Origin: a virus
Reading direction: 5' to 3' (one strand)
Length of the DNA: 64,000 nucleotides
Virus record (IMG/VR): IMGVR_UViG_3300010401_000001
Coordinates: 1-64,000 of that record
Shown here: positions 18,727-28,811 of the stretch, one piece after another
How the letters are laid out: each line of letters starts with the position of its first letter
Numbering within the stretch: position 1 is the stretch's first letter
Notes under the pieces: generated by a model
Database searches by the model: none
Told to the model about the DNA's origin: nothing
Seen by the model: the letters and a program-made list of their open reading frames with translations, nothing else
Made by a program: the position numbers and the translations under genes

Positions 18727-19151
18727 GCCGACGTCGGCTATCCTCGGCTTCATCCGCTGCCGAAAGTGCGGCTCGGATCTTCGGCGGAGGCATCTCGCGG
18801 CACGGAGCATCGTGCGGATGCCAGTACTGCAGGCAGCCGAAGCCGGCGCAGAAACCACATGCCCCGCCGGCGCATAGCTCGCCGGACCGCGAGCATCTGC
18901 TCGACGTCGCCGCGGCCGCGCAGCACGATAGCTGGGATCTCGCTGGCAACCGCGGCCTCATCGAGGCCATCTGCCGCGACTACGTGATGCTCGGGGCTCA
19001 GGCCGAGCGCGACGCGGATACCATCGACGACCTCAAGCGCCGGATCGCAGATCTCACGGCGACGGCGCAGGAAGCGAACCGCGATGCCGCAGCTGCGTTG
19101 GAGCGAGAACGCATCGCGTACCGCAACGCTGACTCAGGAGGTGCACGATGA
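18723..19151 (+). CDS. Hypothetical coiled-coil protein
   Basis: Coupled ORF. Confidence 0.6.
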   Translation: MSRRRLSSASSAAESAARIFGGGISRHGASCGCQYCRQPKPAQKPHAPPAHSSPDREHLLDVAAAAQHDSWDLAGNRGLIEAICRDYVMLGAQAERDADTIDDLKRRIADLTATAQEANRDAAAALERERIAYRNADSGGAR

Positions 19152-19558
19152 CGTGCCCGTGCTCAATCCATCCTATGGAAAGCTCGTGCGGCGTATGGGC
19201 TAACAATGAAAGTGCATGTATCTGCGTTGATTATGCCCTGATGGGAAGACTTCCGTCTTGATTCACAATTCTGCCATGCCGTGCGTGTGGCTGTGGAGAT
19301 GATACCGTGATCACAGAACCCCCAGACCTAGCCGCGATGCGGTGGACGATTGGCGCGGCCATAGCTGACGCTCGGCGCGACATCGCCGACGACATTAAGG
19401 CGCAATGCAAGCGCGAAGGAATCACCGATCCGGACGAGGCCGTCCGGCGGTTTCGCGCGGTTCCCATGCCGAGGTTCGTTGCGGTGGAGGTCGGCATCGG
19501 AGACGAGCTGGATGGTGACGACGTCACGCACGAGCTCGGCGGGGAGTCCGGGCTGTGA
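19148..19558 (+). pseudogene. Cys-rich protein interrupted by an in-frame TGA (19259-19261), or two small genes
   Basis: AGGAGG plus ATG at 19148 is in frame with ORF 19307-19558, with a single TGA between them. Confidence 0.45.
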
Positions 19559-19712
19559 TCTTGCTGTGTGTCTACGCCGTTGCCGCTGCGTTCGCGGCCG
19601 GCGTTGCTGTCGGGGGAAGGACAAGGCAGCCGAACAACGTACCGGCGCGGGCTGACCGCGCGTGGCGACGCAGGCGGCGGGAGCTGCGCGCGAGCGTACA
19701 GAGGATGGCAAA

Positions 19713-19982
19713 ATGAACCGCTCAGAATTCTCCGCCTTACTCAGAAAGCTCGCCGACGCTGTCGAGTCCGGCGACTCCGCAGAAGGTTGCGTGGTATACG
19801 CGCTATCCGACCGCGGTCCCGGTGAGATCGACCTCGACATCCGAGTCAGAACTGGAAACGTCGAAGGTCAAGGCGGGTACCACATCGTCGACACCATGCC
19901 GAAGGGCGCCGAGTCGTCTCGGTGTAATTGCGCGGGTGGTGAATTCGGCGGTCACGACCTGGATTGCGAGCGACGGCAATGA
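19713..19982 (+). CDS. Hypothetical protein
   Basis: Coupled ORF. Confidence 0.6.
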   Translation: MNRSEFSALLRKLADAVESGDSAEGCVVYALSDRGPGEIDLDIRVRTGNVEGQGGYHIVDTMPKGAESSRCNCAGGEFGGHDLDCERRQ

Positions 19983-21181
19983 CCGAGCTCTACACCCATA
20001 GCCGTCTCCGCGTGCTGCGCCAGTGCCGCCGGCTGCATCAGCTCCGTTACGAGCTCGGCATCCAGACTCCGTCGACTCCGGAGTCCGTGTTCGGCACGGT
20101 CGGACACGCGGCACTCGAGGCGTACTACCTCGCGTGGAAGGACTACTGTCCTACCTGCGATGGATCCGGTGAGCGGCCGTTCGCCGACACCTGCGATAGG
20201 CCAGCTCCGTCCTGTGCGAACTGCGGCGGAATCGGCGAGTCCACGTCGCTAGACGATCGCCTACCCGCCGCGCTAGCCGTCGTAGACGCCTCCGAGCTTG
20301 CTCCGTTCGACCGCTGCAAGATTCGCTTGCTCCTCATCGCCTACCACGAGCGCTGGGGCGCGGAGAACTGGGAGATCATCGCCGTCGAGCAGGAGTTCCG
20401 CTACCATCTCGGCGACCACCTCATCGGCGGAAAGATCGACGCAATCATCCGCGACCGGGCGGATGGCCGCGTGTACGTGCTCGAGCACAAGTTCACCGGC
20501 TCGGAGACCTCGATCGGCGGGCCGTACTGGGAGCGGCTCACGCTCGACAGCCAGGTCAGCATCTACATCGACGGCGCGACGATGCTCGGCTACGACGTCG
20601 CGGGTTGCATCTACGACGTGATCAAGCGGCCGCAGCATGACCAGCTGTCGGCTACGCCGGAAGCCGCGCGCAAGTACACGCTCGGCAAGGGCTGCAAGCG
20701 ATGCGGCGGCAGCGCCGGCGGCAAGGCCGGAATCGTCCAGGGCCGCGGCCATTACGACGTCGTCTTCGCCTCGGAGGTCAAGCACATCGACTGCGACGAA
20801 TGCAAGGCGACCGGGTGGAAGTGCGACGGCGACGGCGTCCCTCAGGCTCCACGGCTGCACGCGAACCAGCGCGACACCGACGAGACCATCGAGCAGTTCG
20901 AGGAGCGTCTGCTCGAGGTCATCGCTGAGGACCCCGACGGTTGGCTGCAGCGCAGCAAGGTGGTCCGGCTCGAGGACGAGCTGCCCGAGATGCGGCGTGA
21001 CGTTGTCGCCGATATCGAGCAGGCCGAGGACTGTCGCCGGCGCGAGTACTGGCCGCGCAACCCAGACGCGTGCTCGAAGGGGCGCTACATGTGCTCCATG
21101 TTCGAGGCGTGCTGCGGGCGTGCCAACATCAACGATTTTCAGCGCGGACCTGCTCATCCCGAGCTGGCCAGCGCGACGTAA
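19979..21181 (+). CDS. PD-(D/E)xK (RecB/Cas4-like) exonuclease with DnaJ-type Zn-finger insertions
   Basis: FGTVGH, VEQEF, GKID, LEHK, Q...Y, C-terminal Cys cluster; CxxCxGxG inserts. Confidence 0.85.
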   Translation: MTELYTHSRLRVLRQCRRLHQLRYELGIQTPSTPESVFGTVGHAALEAYYLAWKDYCPTCDGSGERPFADTCDRPAPSCANCGGIGESTSLDDRLPAALAVVDASELAPFDRCKIRLLLIAYHERWGAENWEIIAVEQEFRYHLGDHLIGGKIDAIIRDRADGRVYVLEHKFTGSETSIGGPYWERLTLDSQVSIYIDGATMLGYDVAGCIYDVIKRPQHDQLSATPEAARKYTLGKGCKRCGGSAGGKAGIVQGRGHYDVVFASEVKHIDCDECKATGWKCDGDGVPQAPRLHANQRDTDETIEQFEERLLEVIAEDPDGWLQRSKVVRLEDELPEMRRDVVADIEQAEDCRRREYWPRNPDACSKGRYMCSMFEACCGRANINDFQRGPAHPELASAT

Positions 21182-21213
21182 CCCATGCATGCCCGAGAGA
21201 GGGGCAATCACCG

Positions 21214-22311
21214 ATGACGACAGCACCGACACCGAGACCAGCGCCGACACAGGCGCCCGCACCGCGCCCGTCCGGCGCGAGACCTCCGGCGCATCCTTCG
21301 CAGCCTCAAACACCGCGTGCGTCGCGGCTCAGCGCCGTATCGCGCGGCATTCTGCACGTCCCTCTGCGTCACCTGTTCTACGGTCCCCGCGGCGTCGGGA
21401 AGACTAGCCTTGGAGCCGACGCTCCGGCGCCGCTGTTCCTCGACATCGAGGGCGGGTCACCGTTGGTAAACGTCACGCGGTACACGTTCCGCGACGAGCC
21501 CGGCGGACACATTCCTCGATCGTACGAGGAAGTGCTCGCCGGTATCGATGATCTACTCGCAAACCCTGGTCACGGATACCAGTCGCTCGTGATCGACACG
21601 CTCGACGCGCTCGAGACCCTGCTCCACGACTTCATCTGCCGTAGAGACGGAAAGGCAAACATCGAGGCGTACGGCTACGGTAAGGGCTACAAGGTGGCGG
21701 TCGCTGAGATCCGAGTCCTCAAGGAGCGGCTCGATCGTCTCATCCATTCCGGGATGGCGATAGTCATTCTTGCTCACAGCGACGAGAAGACGTACAAAAA
21801 TCCCCGCGGACCGGACTACGATCGGTTCCTATCCGAGATGCACGAGCTCGCATGGGCAAAGGTCGCCGCCTGGTGCGACGTCGTCGGATTCGTCAACTTC
21901 GAGGGCGGCGGAGCCGCGCTCAAGGGCGACGAATCGCAGGTCAAGCGCGCGCGTGGATGGTCGACTGGGCGCCGGATGATCCAGCTCGTCCCAGACGCAG
22001 CTGCTCCCGACGTGAAATGCCGGCTATCTCTACCGACAGAGCTCGAGCTAGGTGAGGCCCATCCGTGGGCTCCGTTCGCTAACGCGAAGCTCAAGGCCGA
22101 GTGCGCAACCGTCGATACGCTGGCCGCAGACATCATTTCCGAGATCGACCGCATCACCGGCGGCGACCGAGCTGTCGAGTTCACCACCGACGCTGGCACG
22201 CTTACTTCGTACACCGCTATTCAGGATTTGATCACAGTTGGCGACACGAGCGTGCTAACGCGCGTGCTCGCCGGGCTCAAGGCAACCACCGCAATGCAGG
22301 AGACGCCATGA
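21214..22311 (+). CDS. Sak4-like AAA_24 ATPase/recombinase
   Basis: YGPRGVGKT, FLDIEGG, LVIDTLD, GYGKGY, ILAH. Confidence 0.85.
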   Translation: MTTAPTPRPAPTQAPAPRPSGARPPAHPSQPQTPRASRLSAVSRGILHVPLRHLFYGPRGVGKTSLGADAPAPLFLDIEGGSPLVNVTRYTFRDEPGGHIPRSYEEVLAGIDDLLANPGHGYQSLVIDTLDALETLLHDFICRRDGKANIEAYGYGKGYKVAVAEIRVLKERLDRLIHSGMAIVILAHSDEKTYKNPRGPDYDRFLSEMHELAWAKVAAWCDVVGFVNFEGGGAALKGDESQVKRARGWSTGRRMIQLVPDAAAPDVKCRLSLPTELELGEAHPWAPFANAKLKAECATVDTLAADIISEIDRITGGDRAVEFTTDAGTLTSYTAIQDLITVGDTSVLTRVLAGLKATTAMQETP

Positions 22312-22865
22312 CACTACCGATGCAAAAGGATTACTACGCAGCCCGCGCGAGCGGCGCCCCGATCACGTTCGGGAGGTCCGCGAACGGTAACACGCAGATC
22401 GCTGTCGAGTTCGATATCGTCGACGAGCGATTCCCTGGCGACTCGATATCGTGGGTTGGCCATTTCACCGATAAGACGGCCGAGCGCACAGTCGAGTCCC
22501 TGCAGATCGCCGGATGGCAGGGCGACGACCTGTCTGAGCTAGATGGCGTGCCAGCTTCGCAGGTCCTCACTGAGGAAGTATCGCTGACGTGTGAGCCCGA
22601 AGAGTACGATGGCGAATGGAAACTAAAGGTGCAGTGGGTCAACCGCCCAGGGGGAGGACGGTTCAAATTCAAAGAACAGATCAGCGGTAACGAATTGAAA
22701 GCGTTCGGAGCCCAACTTCGCGCAACCGTGAAGTCAGTACGGGCAGCCGGAGGAGCGACGCGCGCCCCGCGGCAGCAGAGCGCTCCTTCGCGATCGGGAG
22801 GAGGAAGAGATCAGCATCCCAACGCGCCTGGTGGTCCGCGCGACCGAGACGACATTCCGTTCTGA
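22308..22865 (+). CDS. ssDNA-binding protein-like
   Basis: Follows Sak4-like gene; DDIPF C-terminus. Confidence 0.75.
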   Translation: MTLPMQKDYYAARASGAPITFGRSANGNTQIAVEFDIVDERFPGDSISWVGHFTDKTAERTVESLQIAGWQGDDLSELDGVPASQVLTEEVSLTCEPEEYDGEWKLKVQWVNRPGGGRFKFKEQISGNELKAFGAQLRATVKSVRAAGGATRAPRQQSAPSRSGGGRDQHPNAPGGPRDRDDIPF

Positions 22866-22897
22866 TAGCCTTAACCAGCCGGTATCCCGGCTGACCC

Positions 22898-22969
22898 GTC
22901 TCGATAGCTCAGCGGCAGAGCGGTCCGATTGCACCGGAATGGTCGCGCGTTCGAGTCGCGCTCGAGACA
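22898..22969 (+). tRNA. tRNA with UGC (Ala) anticodon but non-Ala acceptor stem
   Basis: GTCTCGA/TCGAGAC; GCTC/GAGC; loop ATTGCAC; GCGCG-TTCGAGT-CGCGC; no encoded CCA. Confidence 0.8.
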
Positions 22970-23071
22970 CGAATTTTTTAAGGAGCTCAAAGTGAAGTAC
23001 GAATTCCGTCACACCGGCGGCGAGCTGAGAATCGCACCGATTCCGATGGTTCCGGTCGGGGATGGGGCGCT

Positions 23072-24958
23072 GTGACGCGACCACCGATCATCCGCGCCTT
23101 CATCGGCGACGACGAGCTCGTCGTTGACCTGTTCGCCGGCGGTGGCGGAGCGAGCACCGGGATCGAGCGCGCGATCGGCCGCTCGCCCGACATCGCTATC
23201 AACCATAGCCCGGAAGCGATCGCGATCCACGCAGCGAACCACCCCACGACGAAGCACTACATCGAGAACGTCTACAAGGTCGACCCGCGGCGCGCCACCG
23301 GAGGTCGTCCGGTTGCCCTCCTGCACCTGTCGCCAGACTGTAGCCACCACAGCAAGGCCAAGGGCGGCAAGCCGAGACAACAGAAGATCCGCGGTCTGGC
23401 ATGGGTGGCGGTAACCTGGGCGCAGCGCGCCCGACCGCGCGTGATCACGCTCGAGAACGTTGAGGAGTGGCTCGACTGGGGTCCGCTCGATCGCTCCACC
23501 GGGCAGCCGATCAAGGCCCGCAAGGGTCAAACGTTCCGTGCCTGGCGCCGGAAGCTTGAGCGGCTCGGCTATGTCGTCGAGCACCGTCTGCTTCGCGCGT
23601 GCGACTTCGGGGCCCCGACGACGCGACGCCGGCTGTTCTTGATCGCGCGTTGCGACGGCCGTCCGATTCGGTGGCCGGCTCCGACGCATGGACCGGCGAA
23701 CACCGGACGCCCGAAGCCGCACCGCACCGCGGCCGAGATTATCGACTGGTCGATCTCGTGCCCGTCGATCTTCGATCGCGACCGCCCGCTCGCGGGCAAG
23801 ACGCTTGCCCGGATCGCCCGCGGGATCCGCAAGTACGTGCTCGAGGCGGCCCGGCCGTTCGTGATCGCCGTCAACCACGGCGGCGTCGGGCGCACCGACC
23901 ATCGCGTGCACGACCTCGATTCACCGATGCCGACGATCACCGGCGGTCAGCGCGGCGGCCACGCGCTGGTGTCGCCGCTCGTCGTCAAGGCGAAGACGCA
24001 CGGCGGTGGCGGCAACGACGCGATGCGAGCGGACGAGCCGCTGCGCACGGTGACCGCATCGAAGCGCGGTGAGTTCGCGCTGGTCGCGCCGACGTTCGTG
24101 CGGACCAGCATGCACCAGAGCAACGCCGGGTGTGCCTATTCACCCGAGGAGCCATTGCGCACGATCACCACGGACGGCGGACTCGCGCTCGCGGTGCCGT
24201 ACCTGGTGCACCGCAGCAACGGCGAGCGCGAGGGCCAGGCCCCGCGAATTTACGACGTCGCGCGGCCGCTCGGCACCATCGTCGCCCAGGGTCAGAAGCA
24301 CGCCATCTGCGCCGCCTTCCTCGCCAAGCACTACTCGGCGCGCGACACCGGCGGTTGGAACGGTGGTAGCCCGGCGGATTCGCCGGTCGGAGCGGTCACG
24401 GTGCGCGATCACCACTCGCTCGTCGCGGCGCACCTGACGAAGCTCTACGGCACGAGCACCGGTGCGGACGTGCTCGAACCGGTGCCAACCGTGACCGCGG
24501 ATGGCCAGCACATCGGCGCGGTGGCCGCGCACCTGGTCAGGTATAACGGAGACCGGCCGGGCGCCGAGCGCGTCGCGGGCCTCGATCAGCCGCTCGGAAC
24601 GCAGGACACGAGCAACCGGTTCGCGCTCGTCGCCGCGTTCCTCGCCCGCTACAACGGACAGAGCACCGGCCAGCGGCCGGACTCGCCGATCGGAACGCTC
24701 GACACGACCGACCGATACGCGCTGGTGACCGTAACGATCGGCGGCGAGGAGTACGCGATCGTCGACATCGGGATGCGGATGCTCACGCCGCGCGAGCTGT
24801 TTAGAGCGCAGGGCTTCCCAGACAGCTATGTGATTGATCCAGTCGGCCCGAACGGCAAGCCGCTCACCAAGACCGCCCAGATTCGCGCGTGCGGTAACGC
24901 TGTCCCGCCGGACTTCGCTGATGCCATCGTCTCGGCTGCGTTCTCGAGGGCCGAGTGA
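23072..24958 (+). CDS. C5-cytosine DNA methyltransferase with repetitive variable region
   Basis: DLFAGGGG, SPDC, LENV, RRRLF, RELFRAQGFP, GNAV; repeated PLxT units. Confidence 0.92.
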   Translation: MTRPPIIRAFIGDDELVVDLFAGGGGASTGIERAIGRSPDIAINHSPEAIAIHAANHPTTKHYIENVYKVDPRRATGGRPVALLHLSPDCSHHSKAKGGKPRQQKIRGLAWVAVTWAQRARPRVITLENVEEWLDWGPLDRSTGQPIKARKGQTFRAWRRKLERLGYVVEHRLLRACDFGAPTTRRRLFLIARCDGRPIRWPAPTHGPANTGRPKPHRTAAEIIDWSISCPSIFDRDRPLAGKTLARIARGIRKYVLEAARPFVIAVNHGGVGRTDHRVHDLDSPMPTITGGQRGGHALVSPLVVKAKTHGGGGNDAMRADEPLRTVTASKRGEFALVAPTFVRTSMHQSNAGCAYSPEEPLRTITTDGGLALAVPYLVHRSNGEREGQAPRIYDVARPLGTIVAQGQKHAICAAFLAKHYSARDTGGWNGGSPADSPVGAVTVRDHHSLVAAHLTKLYGTSTGADVLEPVPTVTADGQHIGAVAAHLVRYNGDRPGAERVAGLDQPLGTQDTSNRFALVAAFLARYNGQSTGQRPDSPIGTLDTTDRYALVTVTIGGEEYAIVDIGMRMLTPRELFRAQGFPDSYVIDPVGPNGKPLTKTAQIRACGNAVPPDFADAIVSAAFSRAE

Positions 24959-25578
24959 TCGACGAGTACAGCGCCGACGGAACAGGCTGGGCTCGGTTCT
25001 CCGACGACCGCCAGATGCGGTACCGGCTCGCGCGCAGGCTGACTGATCGACCGGGTGCCGCATTGTGCTTCATGAACCTCACGGAAGCAGCGTCCTTTCG
25101 CGTGTCTGACCCGATTGAGTCAGAAGCGAAGCGCTATGTGTTCCTGATGCTGAACCCGTCCACGGCAGACGCGTTCGTGCTCGACCCGACGGTCAAGCGC
25201 TGCGTCGCGTTCGCGACTTCTTGGGGCGCCGACGTACTCGAGGTTGTCAACATCTTCGCGCTGCGCTCCACCGACCCGCGTGAGCTGTACAAGCGGGCGT
25301 TCACGTTCCGCGGTGACGACCAGGTAGCGAACGACCAGATCATCCTAGCCTGCCGCGGCGCGCATCGCGTGATCGCCGGCTGGGGAAGGCACGGCGCGCT
25401 CGACCACCGCGGCAATATCGTGCGCTCCATGCTCGCTGAGCATGGAATCGCGCTCTACCACCTCGGGCTCAACAAGGACGGAAGCCCGAAGCATCCGCTG
25501 TATATCGAGGGCGGCACGGCGCCGCAGGAATGGAACGTGGACGTTCAGCACGCCGCGTTCCCGGGGGTAATCAAATGA
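24955..25578 (+). CDS. DUF1643 protein
   Basis: YRL, FLMLNPSTAD, DPT, AGWG, PKHPLY. Confidence 0.9.
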   Translation: MIDEYSADGTGWARFSDDRQMRYRLARRLTDRPGAALCFMNLTEAASFRVSDPIESEAKRYVFLMLNPSTADAFVLDPTVKRCVAFATSWGADVLEVVNIFALRSTDPRELYKRAFTFRGDDQVANDQIILACRGAHRVIAGWGRHGALDHRGNIVRSMLAEHGIALYHLGLNKDGSPKHPLYIEGGTAPQEWNVDVQHAAFPGVIK

Positions 25579-26090
25579 CCTACGCAGCAAACACCGTCGT
25601 ATCCGTCGACAAGTCGCGCGCCGAGATCGAGGCGACGCTCGTGCGCTACGGCGCCTCGATGTTCTTATCTGGCTGGGACGACGATCACGCGTTCGTCGCG
25701 TTCAAGCTCCGCGACCGGCACATCAAGCTGACCTTGCCGCTTCCGAAGCAAGGAGAGCAACGATTCACGCACCACAGGGACCGCAACGGGTTACTCCGCG
25801 CGAACACGCCCGCCAAGGCGATCGAGCTGTACGAGCAGGCGAAGCGATCGCTGTTCCGCGCGCTGCTGCTGGCGATCAAGGCAAAGCTGGAATCCGTCGA
25901 GTCTAAGATCGAGACGTTCGAGCAAGCGTTTCTCGCGCACATCGTGCTGCCCGACAACACGCTCGTCGGCGACCGCGTCAAGGCGCTGGTCGCCGAGGCG
26001 TATCGAACCGGGCGCATGGGCAACCTCGCGCTCGCGCCCGGCGACACGACCGGCGATGCCGACGTTGATGATGCGGAGCTGGCGCCATGA
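25575..26090 (+). CDS. Conserved phage protein
   Basis: YA.NT.VSVDKSRAEIE..L.RYGA...KAKLE.VE..I.TFEQAFL. Confidence 0.8.
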   Translation: MTYAANTVVSVDKSRAEIEATLVRYGASMFLSGWDDDHAFVAFKLRDRHIKLTLPLPKQGEQRFTHHRDRNGLLRANTPAKAIELYEQAKRSLFRALLLAIKAKLESVESKIETFEQAFLAHIVLPDNTLVGDRVKALVAEAYRTGRMGNLALAPGDTTGDADVDDAELAP

Positions 26091-26422
26091 CCGCGCTCGA
26101 CGCATTCCTGAGCGTTGCGCCGCTCATCGACGACCATCGCGATGAAGCCGCGCGCGTCTGCGAAGAGACCGCCCGCTATGAGCGCGGCGAGCGCCAGCCG
26201 TTGCGGCTCGACCCGAACGATATCTCCAACCACGAGTTCAGCGACGCCGCCGCGGGCATCGCCGCCGAGGTCGCGATGGAGGTCAGCGACGCCTTGAAGG
26301 CTGCGCGCGTGCGTTGCCCGCCGGCCGACGTGTGGGCCATGGCCGCGAGGCTCCTCCGCTCGGGCTGGCAGCGCGGTCACCGGCTTCAGCCGATTGTGAC
26401 CGGACGAGGAGCACCATCATGA
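26087..26422 (+). CDS. Hypothetical protein
   Basis: Coupled ORF. Confidence 0.6.
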   Translation: MTALDAFLSVAPLIDDHRDEAARVCEETARYERGERQPLRLDPNDISNHEFSDAAAGIAAEVAMEVSDALKAARVRCPPADVWAMAARLLRSGWQRGHRLQPIVTGRGAPS

Positions 26423-26796
26423 GCGATCTTGTTGCCCACATCAACCGCATCCACCGAGACCTCCGCGACGGCGCCTTCTATACGCTCACCGCCGCCGCGC
26501 CCGGCTACACGACCATCACCGCACGCGATGCCGATGGCGACACCTCCACGCCATGCCTGGACCGCGCCGACGTTCGCCGGCCGATCGAAGACCTCGAGCA
26601 GATCGCCGGACTTGTTCCGAGCGCGCCGGCTGTCGGACGCGCCGCGGCGCTCGCCGGATCGGTGCGGCGCATCTTCGATCTGCTCGGCGAGATCGAGAAG
26701 ACGGACGGCGCCGCCGCCGATGAGATCGTCGCCGCCATCGCGGCGCACCTGCGTTCGTGGCGCCCGCTGGCGCTTGCTCCCGGAGGCGTGCTGTGA
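26419..26796 (+). CDS. Hypothetical protein
   Basis: Coupled ORF. Confidence 0.6.
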   Translation: MSDLVAHINRIHRDLRDGAFYTLTAAAPGYTTITARDADGDTSTPCLDRADVRRPIEDLEQIAGLVPSAPAVGRAAALAGSVRRIFDLLGEIEKTDGAAADEIVAAIAAHLRSWRPLALAPGGVL

Positions 26797-26860
26797 TGGC
26801 AGTCGTTGCGCTGGCGCTGCTCGGTGCCGTCTACGCGATGCGCCGGGCGTTGAGGTCGGC

Positions 26861-27298
26861 ATGAGTGGACAGCCGAGCATCAACGTGGCGGCCCGCGCTC
26901 ATCTCGCCGTCGTGCTGCTCGAGACCACGCCGGCAACGGTCGCAGCTGTCGCTGACCTCGTCCGTATTAGCGAGTGCCAAGTGTATCGCGCCTGGCGCGC
27001 CGCTCACCCTGAGCGCCCGCCGCGTGGCCGGCGGATCACCGAGGCGATGCGCGCGGCGCAGATCGAGCCGTTCGCCGCGCTCTGCGACGTGATGGTCGCG
27101 CAGCTGACGGATCGCCCGCAGCGAGCCGCGCAGATCTTCGCCGCAACGCGCGCGCTGCATGGAGATGTCGGAGATCGCCGGCTATGGCGAGCGCTACGCC
27201 GGCTGGTCGACACCCTGAGAGTGGCACGCCATGGCATGCGCTGCACCGGAGCAACGTACACAAGGATCATAAACGGAGGTGGCATTTGCGAGCGTTGA
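26861..27298 (+). CDS. HTH/wHTH DNA-binding protein
   Basis: TVAAVADLVRISECQVYRAW. Confidence 0.55.
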   Translation: MSGQPSINVAARAHLAVVLLETTPATVAAVADLVRISECQVYRAWRAAHPERPPRGRRITEAMRAAQIEPFAALCDVMVAQLTDRPQRAAQIFAATRALHGDVGDRRLWRALRRLVDTLRVARHGMRCTGATYTRIINGGGICER

Positions 27299-27798
27299 CA
27301 CTCACTCAGCCATGGGCGGGTCTCGTCGCGTCCGGGATCAAGCGCGTTGAGAACCGGCCCCGCGCGATGATCAAGCGCACCGACTTTGGAGCGCTGTTCG
27401 CGATCCACGCGAGCCGCGAGATCGATTCGGCGGTGTACTCACGAATCCGCGACCTGGCGCCTGAACTTTTCCGCGGGCCAGGTTGCGCTGAGATTCGCAC
27501 CGAGATGCCGTGGTATGCGCTGTCCAGGGTGACGAGCGCCGTGATCGGCGTGGCACGCATCGACAAGGTGCTCGAAGGCGGCTGGAACGCCGAGTCGATT
27601 CGGGAGTTCGCGGACACGATCAGCTTCTCGGATGGATCGCTGCTCGGCCATGAACAGCTGCGTTGGTTCTTTGGCCCCGTCGGTTACCTGACGCGCGAAG
27701 CGGTCGCCATCGCTAAACCGGTCCCGTGTCGCGGCCAGCTCGGGTTCTGGACCTTGCCGGATGACGTGTGCAATTCGGTAACTGCGCAGCTTGGTTAA
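27286..27798 (+). CDS. ASCH-domain protein
   Basis: ALTLTQPWA.L...GIKRVENR...IHA...PCRGQLGFW. Confidence 0.85.
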   Translation: MRALTLTQPWAGLVASGIKRVENRPRAMIKRTDFGALFAIHASREIDSAVYSRIRDLAPELFRGPGCAEIRTEMPWYALSRVTSAVIGVARIDKVLEGGWNAESIREFADTISFSDGSLLGHEQLRWFFGPVGYLTREAVAIAKPVPCRGQLGFWTLPDDVCNSVTAQLG

Positions 27799-27800
27799 GT

Positions 27801-28052
27801 ATGAACTATATGAACCATATTAAACACATCACTCTGCCAGACGGTTGGTCCATCGAAAGCGAAGATGCGTCCACTGTCGTGATCAAGGCTACAAAACTCC
27901 TTTTAGTTACGGTTGACTTGAATATGCGGGTGTATCGAGCAGATTTCGCAACCACCGGGCGACCTCTCATCCCGAAGTCGTACGGAGGAAGAGGATGGAG
28001 AGACGAACTGATCGCCGACGCCATTACGTGGCTGAAAGGCATTGCCAAGTGA
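27801..28052 (+). CDS. Hypothetical protein, lower GC
   Basis: ORF with YGGRGWRDEL motif. Confidence 0.6.
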   Translation: MNYMNHIKHITLPDGWSIESEDASTVVIKATKLLLVTVDLNMRVYRADFATTGRPLIPKSYGGRGWRDELIADAITWLKGIAK

Positions 28053-28375
28053 CTCCAACGCAATCCCAGACCTTCGCGATGCTCGCGCTCGACCGCGGGG
28101 CATCACCGGAACACCTGCCGCCGCGCACGCGCAGGTCGCTTCTGCAGTGCGGGTGGATCGACCGCGTATCGCGGATCCTGAACGACGCTGGCCGCGACGC
28201 GATGCTCAGGTCGTCGCACTTCTCGGCCGCGCTCAAGGAACTCGACGCCGCCGGCGACCCCGACAAGGCTCTCGCGCTCCGGGTCATCGTCACCGGAAGT
28301 TCGCTGGAGACGCGGCAGCGGAACCGGCGCCGGGCCGCGATCGCCAGCGCGGCGATGCGGATGGCGGCGCGATGA
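28049..28375 (+). CDS. Hypothetical protein
   Basis: Coupled ORF. Confidence 0.55.
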   Translation: MTPTQSQTFAMLALDRGASPEHLPPRTRRSLLQCGWIDRVSRILNDAGRDAMLRSSHFSAALKELDAAGDPDKALALRVIVTGSSLETRQRNRRRAAIASAAMRMAAR

Positions 28376-28650
28376 TCCTGGCCTGGCTCCTGGTCCGCGC
28401 GTCCGCCCGGCTGCTGGTCGCGATCGCTGATGACCTGCTGGTGATCGCCCGCCTGAAGTGGCGAGACTCTATGGGAGGCGCGAAGTGGCGATGGTCGCGA
28501 GAGCGGATCGCCTGGTGGGCGGTATGCATTGTTCCGCATGCTGTCGCTCGATGGTTGATGTGGGGCGGTGGCGAGCGAATCCCGCTGCCAGCCAGCTGGG
28601 TCCCGTACCTGTTCGGGCGCGCGCTCGGCGTCGAAGGGCGCAGGCGATGA
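28372..28650 (+). CDS. Hypothetical Trp-rich protein
   Basis: Coupled ORF. Confidence 0.55.
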   Translation: MILAWLLVRASARLLVAIADDLLVIARLKWRDSMGGAKWRWSRERIAWWAVCIVPHAVARWLMWGGGERIPLPASWVPYLFGRALGVEGRRR

Positions 28651-28811
28651 CCAGAGAAGAAGCGAAACGCAAGCTACACGAAGCGCTGGCGAGCGATGAC
28701 CCAGAGAAGAACCACAAGGATGCCGACGATGTGCTGTGCGCGTTGTTGGTTTCGTTGGGATACGGAGACGTGGTTGAGCTGTACCAGCGATTGGAGAGGT
28801 GGTACGCATGA
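28647..28811 (+). CDS. Small conserved phage protein
   Basis: D.E..H..AD.VLC.LL..LGY.DVV.....WYA. Confidence 0.7.
   Translation: MTREEAKRKLHEALASDDPEKNHKDADDVLCALLVSLGYGDVVELYQRLERWYA

Noticed and set aside
19979-21181. CRISPR-associated Cas4
   Set aside because: Context is a Sak4/SSB recombination module, with no other cas genes.
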